From Veleropilina oligotropha (lineage: Eukaryota), in contig JBEUKZ010000096.1 in NCBI GenBank assembly GCA_048128005.1, positions 248,001 to 312,000 of the forward strand: a DNA stretch of 64,000 bases, read 5' to 3'. Shown in pieces: positions 1 through 11,747 of this stretch; position 1 is the first letter of the stretch; each line of letters starts with the position of its first letter. The position numbers were made by a program, and so were the translations under genes. The notes below the pieces were generated by a model. The model was given only the letters and a program-made list of their open reading frames with translations, searched no databases and was not told the origin of the DNA.

Positions 1-49
1 CATTATAGACAGTCAAATTCAAGTACTTTTCAAGGTTGTGCGAACCTTG
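1..49. mobile_element. Terminal fragment of a hAT5-like element
   Basis: aaattcaagtacttttcaaggttgtgcgaaccttg resembles the 8576-8610 end (aaattcaaggccttttcaagcctgtgcgaaccctg). Confidence 0.55.
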
Positions 50-1710
50 CAAGGCCAAAGGTCGCACACGGAAAATTATATCGCCACGTGCTAGGGTAAG
101 TCATGGTAATTAAGTTAGCATACCAAGTTTCATCAAGCTAACATATATACAAGCCGAGATATGATCCGGACAAAAGTTTAATCATATATTTTGGGTAAGG
201 TCACAATGACAAGGTGAAAGGTCGCATACGGAAAATTATATCGCCATGCCCTAGGGTAGGTCATGGTAAGTTTTATTCTATATTTGGGTAAGGTCACACG
301 GGCAAGGTCAAAGGTCGCTCACGGAAATTATGTCGCCATGGCACGCGCAAGAGTGGGCCAAGGTAAGTTAATATACAAAAGTTAATCAAGGTGGCATATA
401 TAGCAGCCGAGATATTGTCAGGACAAAACTTGCATCCTGTATTTTGTGTCAAAGGTCACAACTGCAAAGTCAAAAGTCGCACACGGAAAATTATATCGCC
501 ACGCACTAGGGTACGTCAAGGTAAGTTAGCATGCCAAGCCTCATGAAGCTGACATACATAAAAGCTGAGATATGATCCGGACAAAAGCTTCATCATATAT
601 TTTGGGTACGGTCACAACGACAAGGTCAAAGATCTCGCATGAAAAATTATATCGCCATGCGCTAGGGTAGGTCATGGTAAGTTAGCAATCCAAGTTTCAT
701 CAAACTGACATATATACAAGCCGAGATATGATCCAGACAAAAGCTTCATCATATAATTTGGGTAAGGTCACAAGGACAAGGTTAAAGGTCGCACATGGAC
801 AATTATATCACCATGCGCTAGGGTAGGTCATGGAAAGTTGAAATACCAAGTTTCAAGAAGTTGACATACATACAATATGATCCGGACAAAAGCTCCATCA
901 TATCTTTTGGGTAAGGTCACAACGACAAGGTCAAAGATCGCATACGGAAAATGATATCGCCATGCGCTTGGATAGGTTATGGTAAGTTAGCATACCAAGT
1001 TTCATAAAGCTGACATATATACAACCCGAGATATGATCTTGACAAACCATCATATATTTTGGGTAAGGTCACAAGGACAAGGTCAAAGGTCACATGCGGA
1101 AATTATATCACCATGCGCTAGGGTAGGTCATGGTAAGTTGGCATACCAAGTTTCATGAAGCTGACATATAAACAAGCCGATATATGATCCGGACAAAAGC
1201 TTCATCATATATTTTGGGTAAGGTCACAACGACAAGGTCAAAGATCGCATACGGAAATTATATCGCCATGCGATAGGGTAGGTTATGGTAAGTTAGCATA
1301 CCAAGTTTCATCAAGCTGACATATATACAACCTGAGATATAATCCTGACAAACGTTCATCATATATTTTGGGTAAGGTCATAACGACAAGGTCAAAGGTC
1401 ACACGCGGAAATTATATCACCATGCGCTAGGGTAGGTCATGGTAAGTTAGCATACCAAGTTTCATCAAGCTGACATATACACAAGCCGAGATATGATTCG
1501 GACAAAAGCTTCATCATATATTTTGGGTAAGGTCACAATGACAAGGTGAAAGGTCGCACACGGAAAATTATAATCGCCATTCGCTAGGGTAGGTCATGGT
1601 TAGTTGGCATACCAAGTTTCATCAAGCTGTCATACATACAAGCCGAGATATGATCCGGACAAATCCTCTGCCCGCCCGTCCACCCACCAGCCCGCCTCGG
1701 GTGATGACAA
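50..1710 (+). repeat. ~155-bp tandem repeat array (~10 units), HINE/Helentron-type core
   Basis: ggtaaggtca recurs at 1062, 1217, 1371, 1526; array ends in a ccgcccgtcc/ccacc low-complexity tail. Confidence 0.85.
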
Positions 1711-1886
1711 TTTAATCCATTTTGACCTACGTTTCCATTGTATTAACTGGAGATTATTTTTCACGAATCCACTGCTACAAAATCATTGTGTCTGCTTGAA
1801 ATACCAATTAAACAAGCGTTATGTGCATTAATTCCATGCTATGGACGATTCCATTCCAGAAAATGAGGAAAGCATGTTTAACGCAC

Positions 1887-2420
1887 TATATAATCCAAAG
1901 AGGTAGATTTATCTGCGGACGAGTCCATTCTAGTACACTTGGACACTGAAAAGACAATATTAATTATTTTAACGCGTAGACAACATTTTTGCACTGACAA
2001 CAAACTTCAAGCACATTAAATTCGTTACCCAAATGAAGAAAATGTAATACACGTTTAACTTTCAGAAGAATCTGGCAATACTCCATATAATGCTGTTGTT
2101 CATATGAACGATGTTCCATTGCTTTACTTTGAAACGAACACCGAGAGCTATTTAAATATTATATCACAGAAATGTCGTTAAAATACAACATATATTTGCA
2201 ATATTATACTATACCTGATGCTCTCTGCAGAGGTAAATCCCACGTGTGCTCTGGTCAAATATCTGAAGCCAAGTGACCGTGCTTTGAAATCTACATCATG
2301 ACGACGCAAAAATATTTCGCCTTGCATGCCGGTATAATTGCACTTAACGAGCACATTAAACGTCTATTCATAACCACGATTAATCGGCGCCTTCAACTAA
2401 TTAGGAATGGGATCCGACAG
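1887..2420 (-). other. Possible 5' exons of a neighbouring minus-strand gene (2215-~2420; 1887-1945)
   Basis: CAG|GTAT donor at 2214, TTTTCAG acceptor at 1946, ATG at 1928 giving MDSSADKSTSLDYI then GTGCGT donor. Confidence 0.25.
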
Positions 2421-2549
2421 GAGTTTTGGGAGAGTAAACCCCAATTCGTACAAAATTTCTATCGTATTGCTTTTAAATTGGCGATTTCATGTATATAATA
2501 ATGTTTAAAATATAACAAATAGCTAATATTGTCAAAATGGATTAAGTAA

Positions 2550-2651
2550 GTTAACCCACATGGGACTGTTGATTCTTGAAAAATAATGCACTCGGGCCTG
2601 TCGGCCCTCGTGCATTATTTTTCAAGAATCAACAGTCCCATGTGGGTTAAC
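2550..2651. repeat. Perfect 42-bp inverted repeat (foldback hairpin)
   Basis: 2550-2591 is the exact reverse complement of 2610-2651; the loop has an inner gggcc/ggccc pair. Confidence 0.9.
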
Positions 2652-5146
2652 CTATACATAACCCCAGCCTTTTTTTAGGCTGGGGTTAAAAACCATTTAA
2701 ACGGGTCACTTCCGAAGGGCGTTTATAAGAGGCCCTATTTTTAACGTGAAAATGCGATATACACATTAGATCGTGGTGGTTTAAGAATTAGTGTATAATA
2801 AACTTCAGGTGGGTCAGAGAGTTCCACTTTTATGGTATTTGGCAAATTGCTGTAATATTGTCAAGTTAATTTTCATTATGTCACAATTTGTGTGTATAGG
2901 ACGATTTTATGTAGTGATAAGAGAAATTGGAACAAGAGAGTATATATAAACCAATGTCTTTGATTGATGTAATGACAATGTAATTGTTTACTAGCTTTAG
3001 AACAGGACTTTTGTTGAAATTTTTTAATGTGACAATGTCAATACACAAAAATGGCCTTGACCTTTGAAAGCATGCGAACTGACAAATATGAAGGGTATTG
3101 GTCTAGCTGATCTCCCATCAACGGAACGAAAATATACCTTGAACTTCAGCACAGTGACCTCATGTTCGATAATAGGCAAGGCATGATGGTATACAATAGG
3201 TGTATGCCATATATAAATGTTGACACTCATTTTCTATGTGATGGAATGTAAATACACAAAAATCTAATACTTAAAAGCTGCTATCTCTCCATCTGCAATG
3301 CAGCTAGCAGGCCTTCACCCCACACCAGTGGTATCATGTTACGGGTTAAAATAACTCTAACCACGGGAGATAAATCTATTGACCCCGATCTTTTGCATAG
3401 CGACATCATTTTCGAACTAATGCAAGGCCCATTTTAGCACCGTTCACGGTCATAAAAGGGCATGCCCACATTGCGGGATCACTGGGGGAATGCCCGGTCA
3501 GTTAAAGTTTAAACAACTGTTGATGTTAATATAACAATGTGACCAGCCAAGGATTCACACCCAGTATTGTTGATCAGAGCAGTCAGTAGAATATATTGGC
3601 AGCCCAGGTGTATGCAAAGAATGAATGGTGTAGATCATTCGGTTCCTCTTCTTTGTGACCCACATGGACGGCAGCAGGCAAAATCCAAGACTTCCGTTCG
3701 GTTTAACAGATTTTACGTCGCAAGTTTTCGTTGTTTGTGAATGGAGATAATCAGTCGTTTGGGGGTAATCCTTTGAGATTCAGTGTGTCACCAACTTTTC
3801 CACAGCATTTTGACTATCAATGCTAGTTTATGAAGTTCAAGCATTTGTCCTACATCATAGAGTTGGATACAGATATTTATCCTGGTTGCTTTGAAAATAT
3901 CACACAGTCAGCTCATGGGATAAACGTTCATATCAAAATTACCACCACAGGAGAACGTTGTGCTAGTAGATGACGATTTAACCATTTGTGTCTTGTTAAT
4001 GCCCCAGTCACACTGTGGTGAATGAGTGAGAATGTCGGCGATTTGTGCAATACGGATTTTACGGCGAATCATGGAGAATAAAAAGGCTCGGGTGGGGGAT
4101 AACTTCTTGAACGACGAATTGAATAGAATGAGTACGTTTCACAGTGGCGAATGACGGAGAACAAATTTGCAGGTGACTCTAAGTAGAATTAACTAGAACT
4201 AATATAAATGACAACGGATTGATACAGAGCAATACGAAATGTTGTACGGACCAATACAATGCGAATGAAGCTGCCAACTAATACGAACTGACAAGAACAA
4301 AAACGACAAGTAAAACGTGACTCGAACCGGTACGAACCAGTACGGTTGGGCTGGCAGTTATAAATAGTTGCGCTCATCCGTGCCTCATCGCATATATATC
4401 ATCTCCCTGAGACCTTGACTCGTCACCATGCCCCCCCCCCCCCCCCCCCCGAAGGGCAAGGGCACCGATAAACACAGCAAAAAGCTGGGAAGTGGTTGTC
4501 GACGTCGGCGCTGTACCCGGCGAGCGAGGTGGAGGTTAACATAATTATGCCCGTCTTGCATGGACATTCAGAAGATCATGCTCGAGCTGTCCTCTCTGCA
4601 GAGGAGTCAAAAACATAATGTTGATGGCCTTGTCCACCGTAGCAACACTGATTAGGTAGAGGCGAGAGCCCTATATAATATGCCAATCACTGGGCGATTC
4701 CTTGTGAATCTACTTTATTCATCCTGCATCGTATTTGTATCGTTGCGAATCTACCTTATTCGTCCTGCATCATTATGCTTCGCATGTACATTCGTTGTAA
4801 ATCGCCGTCAGAAGTATCTCGTCTATCTTAGTCGTCGCAGAACGTTGCAGTTCATTCTGGTTCGTTGCTGTACATCTTACTGCATCGTATCTCTCTTCTA
4901 GTCAGTTCTTTCTGCATTATATGCTTATCGCCAGAAGATTTCATCGCAAACCAAACCAGTAGGTGGCGAAGCGCAAAGAACCGATTAGAACCAACAAAAT
5001 CGATACGGATGCCGGCGACTGACCTCCATCGGTGTTGGCAGTACGGATGTTTGAACATTTCAATACATCCGTATCACCTGGCGAATGGTGGCGATTTTTA
5101 TGGCGAGCTAACACGCTCCAGCACGGAACAATACGATAGTGGAGAA

Positions 5147-8100
5147 CAGGGTTCATACAGACTTTGAGACCTAAAATTTAAGGCCTTTTCAAGGCTTTTT
5201 CAAGGCTCCAAAACAAAAATTCAAGGCCATTTTCATGACTAAAATTAAACATTTATTGAACTTACTTGCTAGCAATCATGGTCTTCTTTCCAATAAGAGC
5301 ACTTATGTCATTCCACAAATGTCAACAATGTTAAAATAGAGCGAAAATTAGGAAATCAAACAAACACAGTTAGAAAGAATCCAAGTAACTTCACAGTCAA
5401 CTGTCAATTACTTTACAGAATCCATTCTCAATTCTTCCTGTTTGGTCATCACCTTATCTTCAACTCCCTGCAATTCTAATCTTTTGTCCTTTGCACTTCT
5501 TCTGAGTGCATTAGATTTTGCAATAAAAGTTAGATTGCCAGTATGCTCTGCTTTTTCAGCATATTGATCAGCTGATTTTGTCAGGGAGGATATGTCTAGG
5601 TCTATCCTTTGCCTCTTGTTCTTTAGTTCCTCAAGCTGTTCAAGGCTTGCCTTTCTTTTCAGTTGCTGTTCTGCAGTTTTCTTCTCCTCTCTCTGCTTGC
5701 CCAAATACTGTTCATATTTCTGCCTGGCCAGTGAGCAAGAGGCCAGCAGTGGTTTTGTGATAGGGACTTTCAGAACACCACCTGAAGCCTTTACTTTGTC
5801 ACATATCAGTCTGTGAGCTACTAAAGTGTGCTCCTTCATATTTTCCACTTCAATCTCTTTATTGATGGAGAAACCCCTTTCCACACTAGCCTGGCCATGA
5901 GATAGTACCAGGATTATCCTGACCACCTCCAGCAGTTTCGAGTAGCTGTCACCAGCCATGTATGTTGTAAACAGCTCATCCAACCTTTCACTTTCAACTT
6001 TGTGATTAAAGTTCACAAATTTATCAGATCCAAAGACTGGAATGTTCTCCACAAATGTTCCATACTGCTGTATGATGGTATCACAGTCCTCTTCTTTGAT
6101 TCTATTGCAGCATGCAAGAGATCCTACCACCTTCTTGAAACGAGATTTGCTTTCCTGTGGTTTGGTTGCCATTGCTTGTGGATTGAAACATGACAGATGC
6201 CTTACCAGTGAATAAGAAAGTGGGCATTTGTCAAGTATCTTCTTCACCGCTTGCTCCAGAAACTTGATGCAGTCTGTCCTGAACTCCAACACATTTCTGT
6301 CTGATATCCCTTGCTTTACTGCTTCTTTCAGGTGTTTTTCAGTTAGGTATCCAAGCTCAACTTTCTTATAAGTTAAACGATGTTCCTTTTGACTGTCATC
6401 AAGCATTGTGGACAACTTTTCATCAGATACATCTGACAACTTGTCACTCTTGATGAAACACCCCATCAATGTCCTCACCATGTAGCTCAAATCTTGAGAG
6501 AGGAATGGCACCATGGGTCTGTCAGTCTGGAACACAGTCAGGAATGGTTGTAAGTGACTGGCTACAAATTTAAAAAAATGTAGCTTTGGAAGAATGAGTT
6601 TGTCTTTTTTAGCTGCACTGACACTCTCATATGATTTGCAGGTTGGTTTGGGAAGCTTTTTCTCGTCCACTGCCTTTACATAGTTCAATACATCTGGCAA
6701 GATTGCTAATGCCCTGTTACAAACAGGAACATTTTCTAGCCATCTGTGATTAGCGAATTTAAGTGGCTTCAGGCCACTGGAACTAATTTTGGAAAAATCT
6801 TCCGTCCTTGCAGGAGAGTCCTTAAAAAGGTAATATAGGCCTGATAAAAACTGACCAATATTCCATCCAGAAGCTGTGGCTCCAGTTTTGAAACTATTGT
6901 GGATCACATGTAAACCGCAAGATCCAATATTGATGATTGATGAATCAAAGTCGTCTGCAAGTTTCTTCTTTAAGAGTCCAAGAAATGCCCAGTTTACGTT
7001 CGGTCCATCCATGCTGACTTGTTGCATTTCTTTGACATTCAGTCCACTTTTCAAAACTCCTCTTTCGAAATGCTCCAACATACCCGCAGCTGTTGCATGA
7101 CCTGTACACAAAAAGACAAGTTGAGAATTACTTACTCATAAAGAGAGATTGTGATCTTTTTAATATATTCTATTTTTATTTTATAATAATTCAAATTGAG
7201 TTAACAAATTCGTTAATACATGTATTATGATTTCTGTTCAAATAGATGGTGGTATTATTGGTTCTCCAAGTGCTAAGCTTCCCTCATCATCATTACTAAT
7301 AATGTATTTCTGATTACTATTATATGGGTTATCGTGGCAAAAAAGTTATTGAAGTTCTTTTTAAAAAATCGACCATAGCTTCCGCACGTCCGGCTACCCG
7401 CCGGATCTGGGGGCAATACTGCCATAAACTTCACCCCCCATCCCCAGAGGCACATGGACAACTGTCACAAGTGTGCAAGGCCTCACCCCTTTCCCCATAA
7501 GTATTGATATTCAATAAATAGAAAACTTACCTAAAAATTGAGAGCCAAAGTAGGTCGTTATCACTTTGTTATCCTCTGTCCAAAACCGAATGTGAATATC
7601 CATTTGTTTCTGTTGGCTTTTTTTGTTTAGGCTTTCATCAAACAAAACGCAATACTTCCCTTTTATTGACTTCTTGAGAGTGTCTAGGAAAAAGGGCGCA
7701 ATACCAAAGACGCTAATATACGCCGTTTTTCTCTCACCACAAGCAAATTTGCTTGCGATCGGACTGTCGGGAAACATTGTTTTGAATATGGACCCACTAT
7801 TTTCGTTTGACCGATAGGACGAGTGGTCACATACAGTTTTCAATGTCCACAAAATCTCTGCCTTCAGTACGTCATTTCGGGAACCGTATTCTAGCACTGT
7901 CTTTGTTGATGGAGATACAGCCACGCCGCTAGGTACTTCGAGATTGGAAATTTGTGGTGTTTCGAATTTTGCATCCTTCTCAGGTTCTGCAACCATAAAT
8001 TCACTGACAGTTAATAAACCAGATACACCACGGCTCAGCATTCGTTCGTTCAATTTATGTTTTGATCCCAACATGTGCGACTTCAGTGCACTTTCGCCCA

Positions 8101-8610
8101 TTTTACAAAGATCCAAATTCTTTCGGCAAACAGAACAATATGCGCTCCTATTGTCAGATTTGACTTCCTTCACCCAGCTATACTTGTACAACCACTTTCG
8201 ATTAAACACAGTTTTCCCCATGTCGTTTGGTTCAAACTATCAACACTCGAGTTCCCGCCATTTGCATACGAAAGCGTGGTCTACTTCGGGCCTGTCTGTT
8301 CAGCTATCGGAATGATTCGGAACTCAGAAGTATACGACTGACAAAGGGAAGTAACTCAGTTGCTACTGTCTCCAAATAGAACGAGTTTCTTTGCAAACAA
8401 CACGTTTTTATTTTTGTTTATTGTTTAAAAATTATAAGACACAATAGTTTTTTATAAAAACTTCATTGGGATTTGTATAATATCAATAATTAAGGCCTTT
8501 TCAAGGCCTTCTGTCAATTTTCAAGGCCTTTTCAAGGCAAAAATGAAATTTAAGGCCTTTTCAAGACACAGATCAAAATTCAAGGCCTTTTCAAGCCTGT
8601 GCGAACCCTG
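5147..8610 (-). mobile_element. hAT5-like DNA transposon, full length
   Basis: TIR CAGGGTTC(A/G)(T/C)ACAG, subterminal TTCAAGGCCTT repeats at both ends, 5-bp TSD GAGAA, internal transposase. Confidence 0.9.
5408..8221 (-). CDS. hAT-family transposase, 2 exons (7531-8221, 5408-7101), 794 aa
   Basis: N-terminal C2H2/BED-like finger (YCSVC...HMLGSKH), LFDES, SMDGPNVN, CGLH, HRWL, HGQASVERGFS; phase-1 GT-AG intron joins the two ORFs. Confidence 0.88.
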
Positions 8611-9416
8611 GAGAATCGCCTGGCGAACCACTGCGGATTGACATCCGTACTAGTTCGCCATGAATATTCTCCAGTGTGACTGGGGCATAATCAATCAGAG
8701 AAATATCAGAATTTGTAATATTTTGAAGAAACTGGGTCAAGGAGCTTGATGTTTAACGACTAAACCAACAATTTCATTCAAACGCAGTACCTCTGGATAT
8801 TAGTGTCAGGCATGTTAACCACTCTGCCACCAGAAATGTCAAAGATAAAACAAACAGTCTGTCGATATCTTAAAACCCCACTGTTTGGCCTCCTCCACAT
8901 GTTTTAATAGTCATACAGATACGTTGCCACAGGGCCTACCGGTAGCAGATAGAGAAGGATATAAGCCAAATCGGCATCCTTTCTAGACAGCCATGAACGA
9001 AAATGGCACATTGCCAATGATTGGTTAAATGTTTCATTTTTATTTTCAGGGTTCGTAAACCTAATCTCTTGCAAAATTCCATGACTAGGTCAAAACTTTC
9101 ATGACTTGTTAATCTGTACATGCAAAGACAATTCGTATATATGCAAAGGGAAGATTTCACATGTATCAACGATGGATTTACGGAAATTGCCAATTCAAGA
9201 GACAATTACAATCACTTATATAAGGTTACGAAAAAAACAATACAAGTTTTTTACTATGATCTTGATTATCGAGCTTCTAAAATATCATTTCCCCATGACC
9301 ATATAAAAGCCGGCGTTTTCCACGCATGGATTTTTAAATATAAAATTACACGAACCCTGTATTTTAAACATTTCTGAATAATTTGGATCATAAAATACGC
9401 TTTTATATTTCCAACC

Positions 9417-9617
9417 TTCAGGTTAAAGGCAGGACATGTCCATATCGCTGGAGGAAAGCCCTGGGATATCATATCAGCCTTATCCGTCCAGCTACTGTTA
9501 ACTGATAGATAAATGGACAAAGAATGCCCTTGCCGCGATTCGAACATAATCCTGTTAGCACAAGCAAGCCAGTGATTTCAGAGTGTGCACTCCAGATCAC
9601 AACTACCGGAGCGGCCT
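9417..9617 (-). mobile_element. tRNA-derived SINE (degenerate)
   Basis: Minus-strand tRNA-like head with B box GTTCGAATC and shared body catgtccatat..cgc.ggaggaaagccc; related fragments near 15100, 22660, 24600, 43000 and 56810. Confidence 0.65.
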
Positions 9618-9864
9618 ACCTTGTCCATTTGATTTATGGAAGTGTCTGAAAGTACCGAAATATTAATTTAAATGTAGGTTATACCACAAGGTTTGTTGTC
9701 TAATCAGACACGCCCACAGTTAAACCATGAGGTGTGTAGAGCCAAGTTGTTTAACTGTACAAGTTTCTCTGAATAGACAAAAGCCGAGCAATATAATAAC
9801 AGACTTGAGCCATCGCAAAAATGGACAATAATTGCACAGCTACGTCAGCAGAGCTAAAAATGTA

Positions 9865-10485
9865 AACTAGAGCTATCACAGGGAGTGATCATATGCCCCC
9901 ACGAAAGCTTTTAACCCAGGAACAGGCTGTTGTTTCATGTCCCTCGGTTAAATAGTATGGGAGATATGAAGTGGAAGGAATTTTAGACCAAATGCGATCA
10001 AGCGTGAAAAGTAGGTCGTGGTGACCTACTTTCGTTATGCAACATACCTTTCAGTTATGATGCATACACACATCAAATTTTGTGTTCCTCGGTCAAATAG
10101 TATGGGAGATATGGAGCGGAAGGGAATTTTGACCAAATGCGACCAAGCGTGAAAAGTAGATCACAGTGATCTACTTTCGGTATGCGACACCTTTGCGTTA
10201 TGACGCATGAAGTTTCGTGTCCCTCTCTCAAATAGTATGAGAGATATGGAGCGGAAGGAAATTTTGGATTAAGTGGTCATGCAGGAAAAATAGGTTGTGG
10301 TGACCTACTTTCGGTAGGCGACACACCTTTGGGTTATGTATGACGCATGCACACATCAAGTTTAGTGTCCCTAGGCGAAATAGTATCTGTGATATGGAGC
10401 GGAAGGGAATTTGCAACAGATCAACCGACCGACAGACTAGCTGACTCCTATATGCCCTCCTAAACTTCGTTTGTGGGGGCATAAA
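9865..10485 (+). mobile_element. HINE/Helentron-like non-autonomous element with ~140-bp tandem core
   Basis: AACTAGAG start, atgccccca/tgggggcat inverted repeat, accg/acag microsatellite and ATAAA end; same family at 51103 and 52916. Confidence 0.7.
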
Positions 10486-11372
10486 TATATTATTATAGCC
10501 ATTAATGGTGTATGAAAGTAGGTCCCCGTGGTCTAACTAACAATATGGTTAGTTAAATAACGGGTCAAGACAAAAGGATGTTATTACTCCTAACAATTGC
10601 TCAGCGCTAGTTATCGAACCTAATTCACATTGATACTGCATGGCAGGCAATGACAAATCATTCCTCAATTTCGGGCAGTAAATATTAAAATGTGAACGAA
10701 GTAATTATGTGTGAAATGGATGTCGCTTCGCAAAATAAATCCAGAGATACGAATCCAAGACGTAAACTCTGAATCTGACGTTTTAAGCATCGTAGTCACG
10801 ACCTTCATTGAGATTGTGTTTTACCATCTGATTTAATATGCACACGCCTGGTAACATCAGAACATGTCCATATTGGATGAAAGCCTGGAGCGTCCAGTCA
10901 AAATCACATGCCTCAGCCTTTTATGATCAATTGTGACCGCTAGCTGCGAAATATCTTAGACGGTCTCAAAACACACTTGCAAAGACAGTTAGAGTGAATT
11001 TGTAAGAAGGAAGATATAGTCAGCGTTATCCTCTGCAAGTACCCCCTGCCCGACAGACTTCTTTGTTGCAGGGGATAAAAGTGTTTTCACTCACGGGGCA
11101 GTCACACAATCATTAACTCTTTGTCCGCTGTGTATTCACTGAGAATTGGGCAGGATTTCCTGCCACCCGAGGCCAAAGAATTGAGCGACGGTCATAATTT
11201 GAAACGCATGTGAATAGACTATATGTGCTATGAAAGTGATGGTGATGACAACTTTTTTGCAAAATCAAACTTGCAAGCTGCATTCTGTCATAATAATGTA
11301 ACCGAATGTCCAAACTTGATCAGCAATAATTATATCTACTACAGTATTAACCCAGATACAATATAAAGTATG

Positions 11373-11378
11373 TTTATT
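11373..11378 (-). terminator. Candidate SF3B3 poly(A) signal AATAAA (alternative at 11617-11622)
   Basis: tttatt on + strand, ~325 nt downstream of the stop. Confidence 0.4.
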
Positions 11379-11702
11379 GATGGTGAATATGTACAGCGAA
11401 ATGTTAATGTTTGATTGACATCTTATGCATACAAGAAACAGTGAATTACAGTAATATAAGTCCTCTGACAATCCTTTTATGACACATGAAATAATGTACC
11501 CATCTTTAATAACGACAATCTATCATTATAATTAGAAATGAATATTTATAAATTAAGGATTCAATGTTTGCAATACAATACGAGCTGCTTTTCTACATTT
11601 TCTTGATATTCAGCTGTTTATTTACAAAGGATGGTTAGCGCTGACAATGAATATGCCAAGAATCTGCCCATGATAACGTAATGCAACTTCAGACAAGTGC
11701 TT

Positions 11703-11747
11703 CTAGAAGGCATATCTGGTCCGGACATCTTCCAACTTCTTAGAAAC
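11703..11747 (-). CDS. SF3B3: SF3B3 last coding exon (45 nt incl. TAG)
   Basis: [14 protein letters not shown]. Confidence 0.95.
   Translation of the reverse strand, partial: VSKKLEDVRTRYAF

Larger units (their letters stand above)
4000..8687. mobile_element. Non-autonomous PIF/Harbinger-like element, interrupted by a hAT5 insertion
   Basis: 16-bp TIR TGCCCCAGTCACACTG/CAGTGTGACTGGGGCA with TAA TSD (3997-3999, 8688-8690). Confidence 0.8.

Noticed and set aside
9520..9617. Functional tRNA gene
   Set aside because: Acceptor and anticodon stems do not pair well and it is attached to a repeated SINE body.
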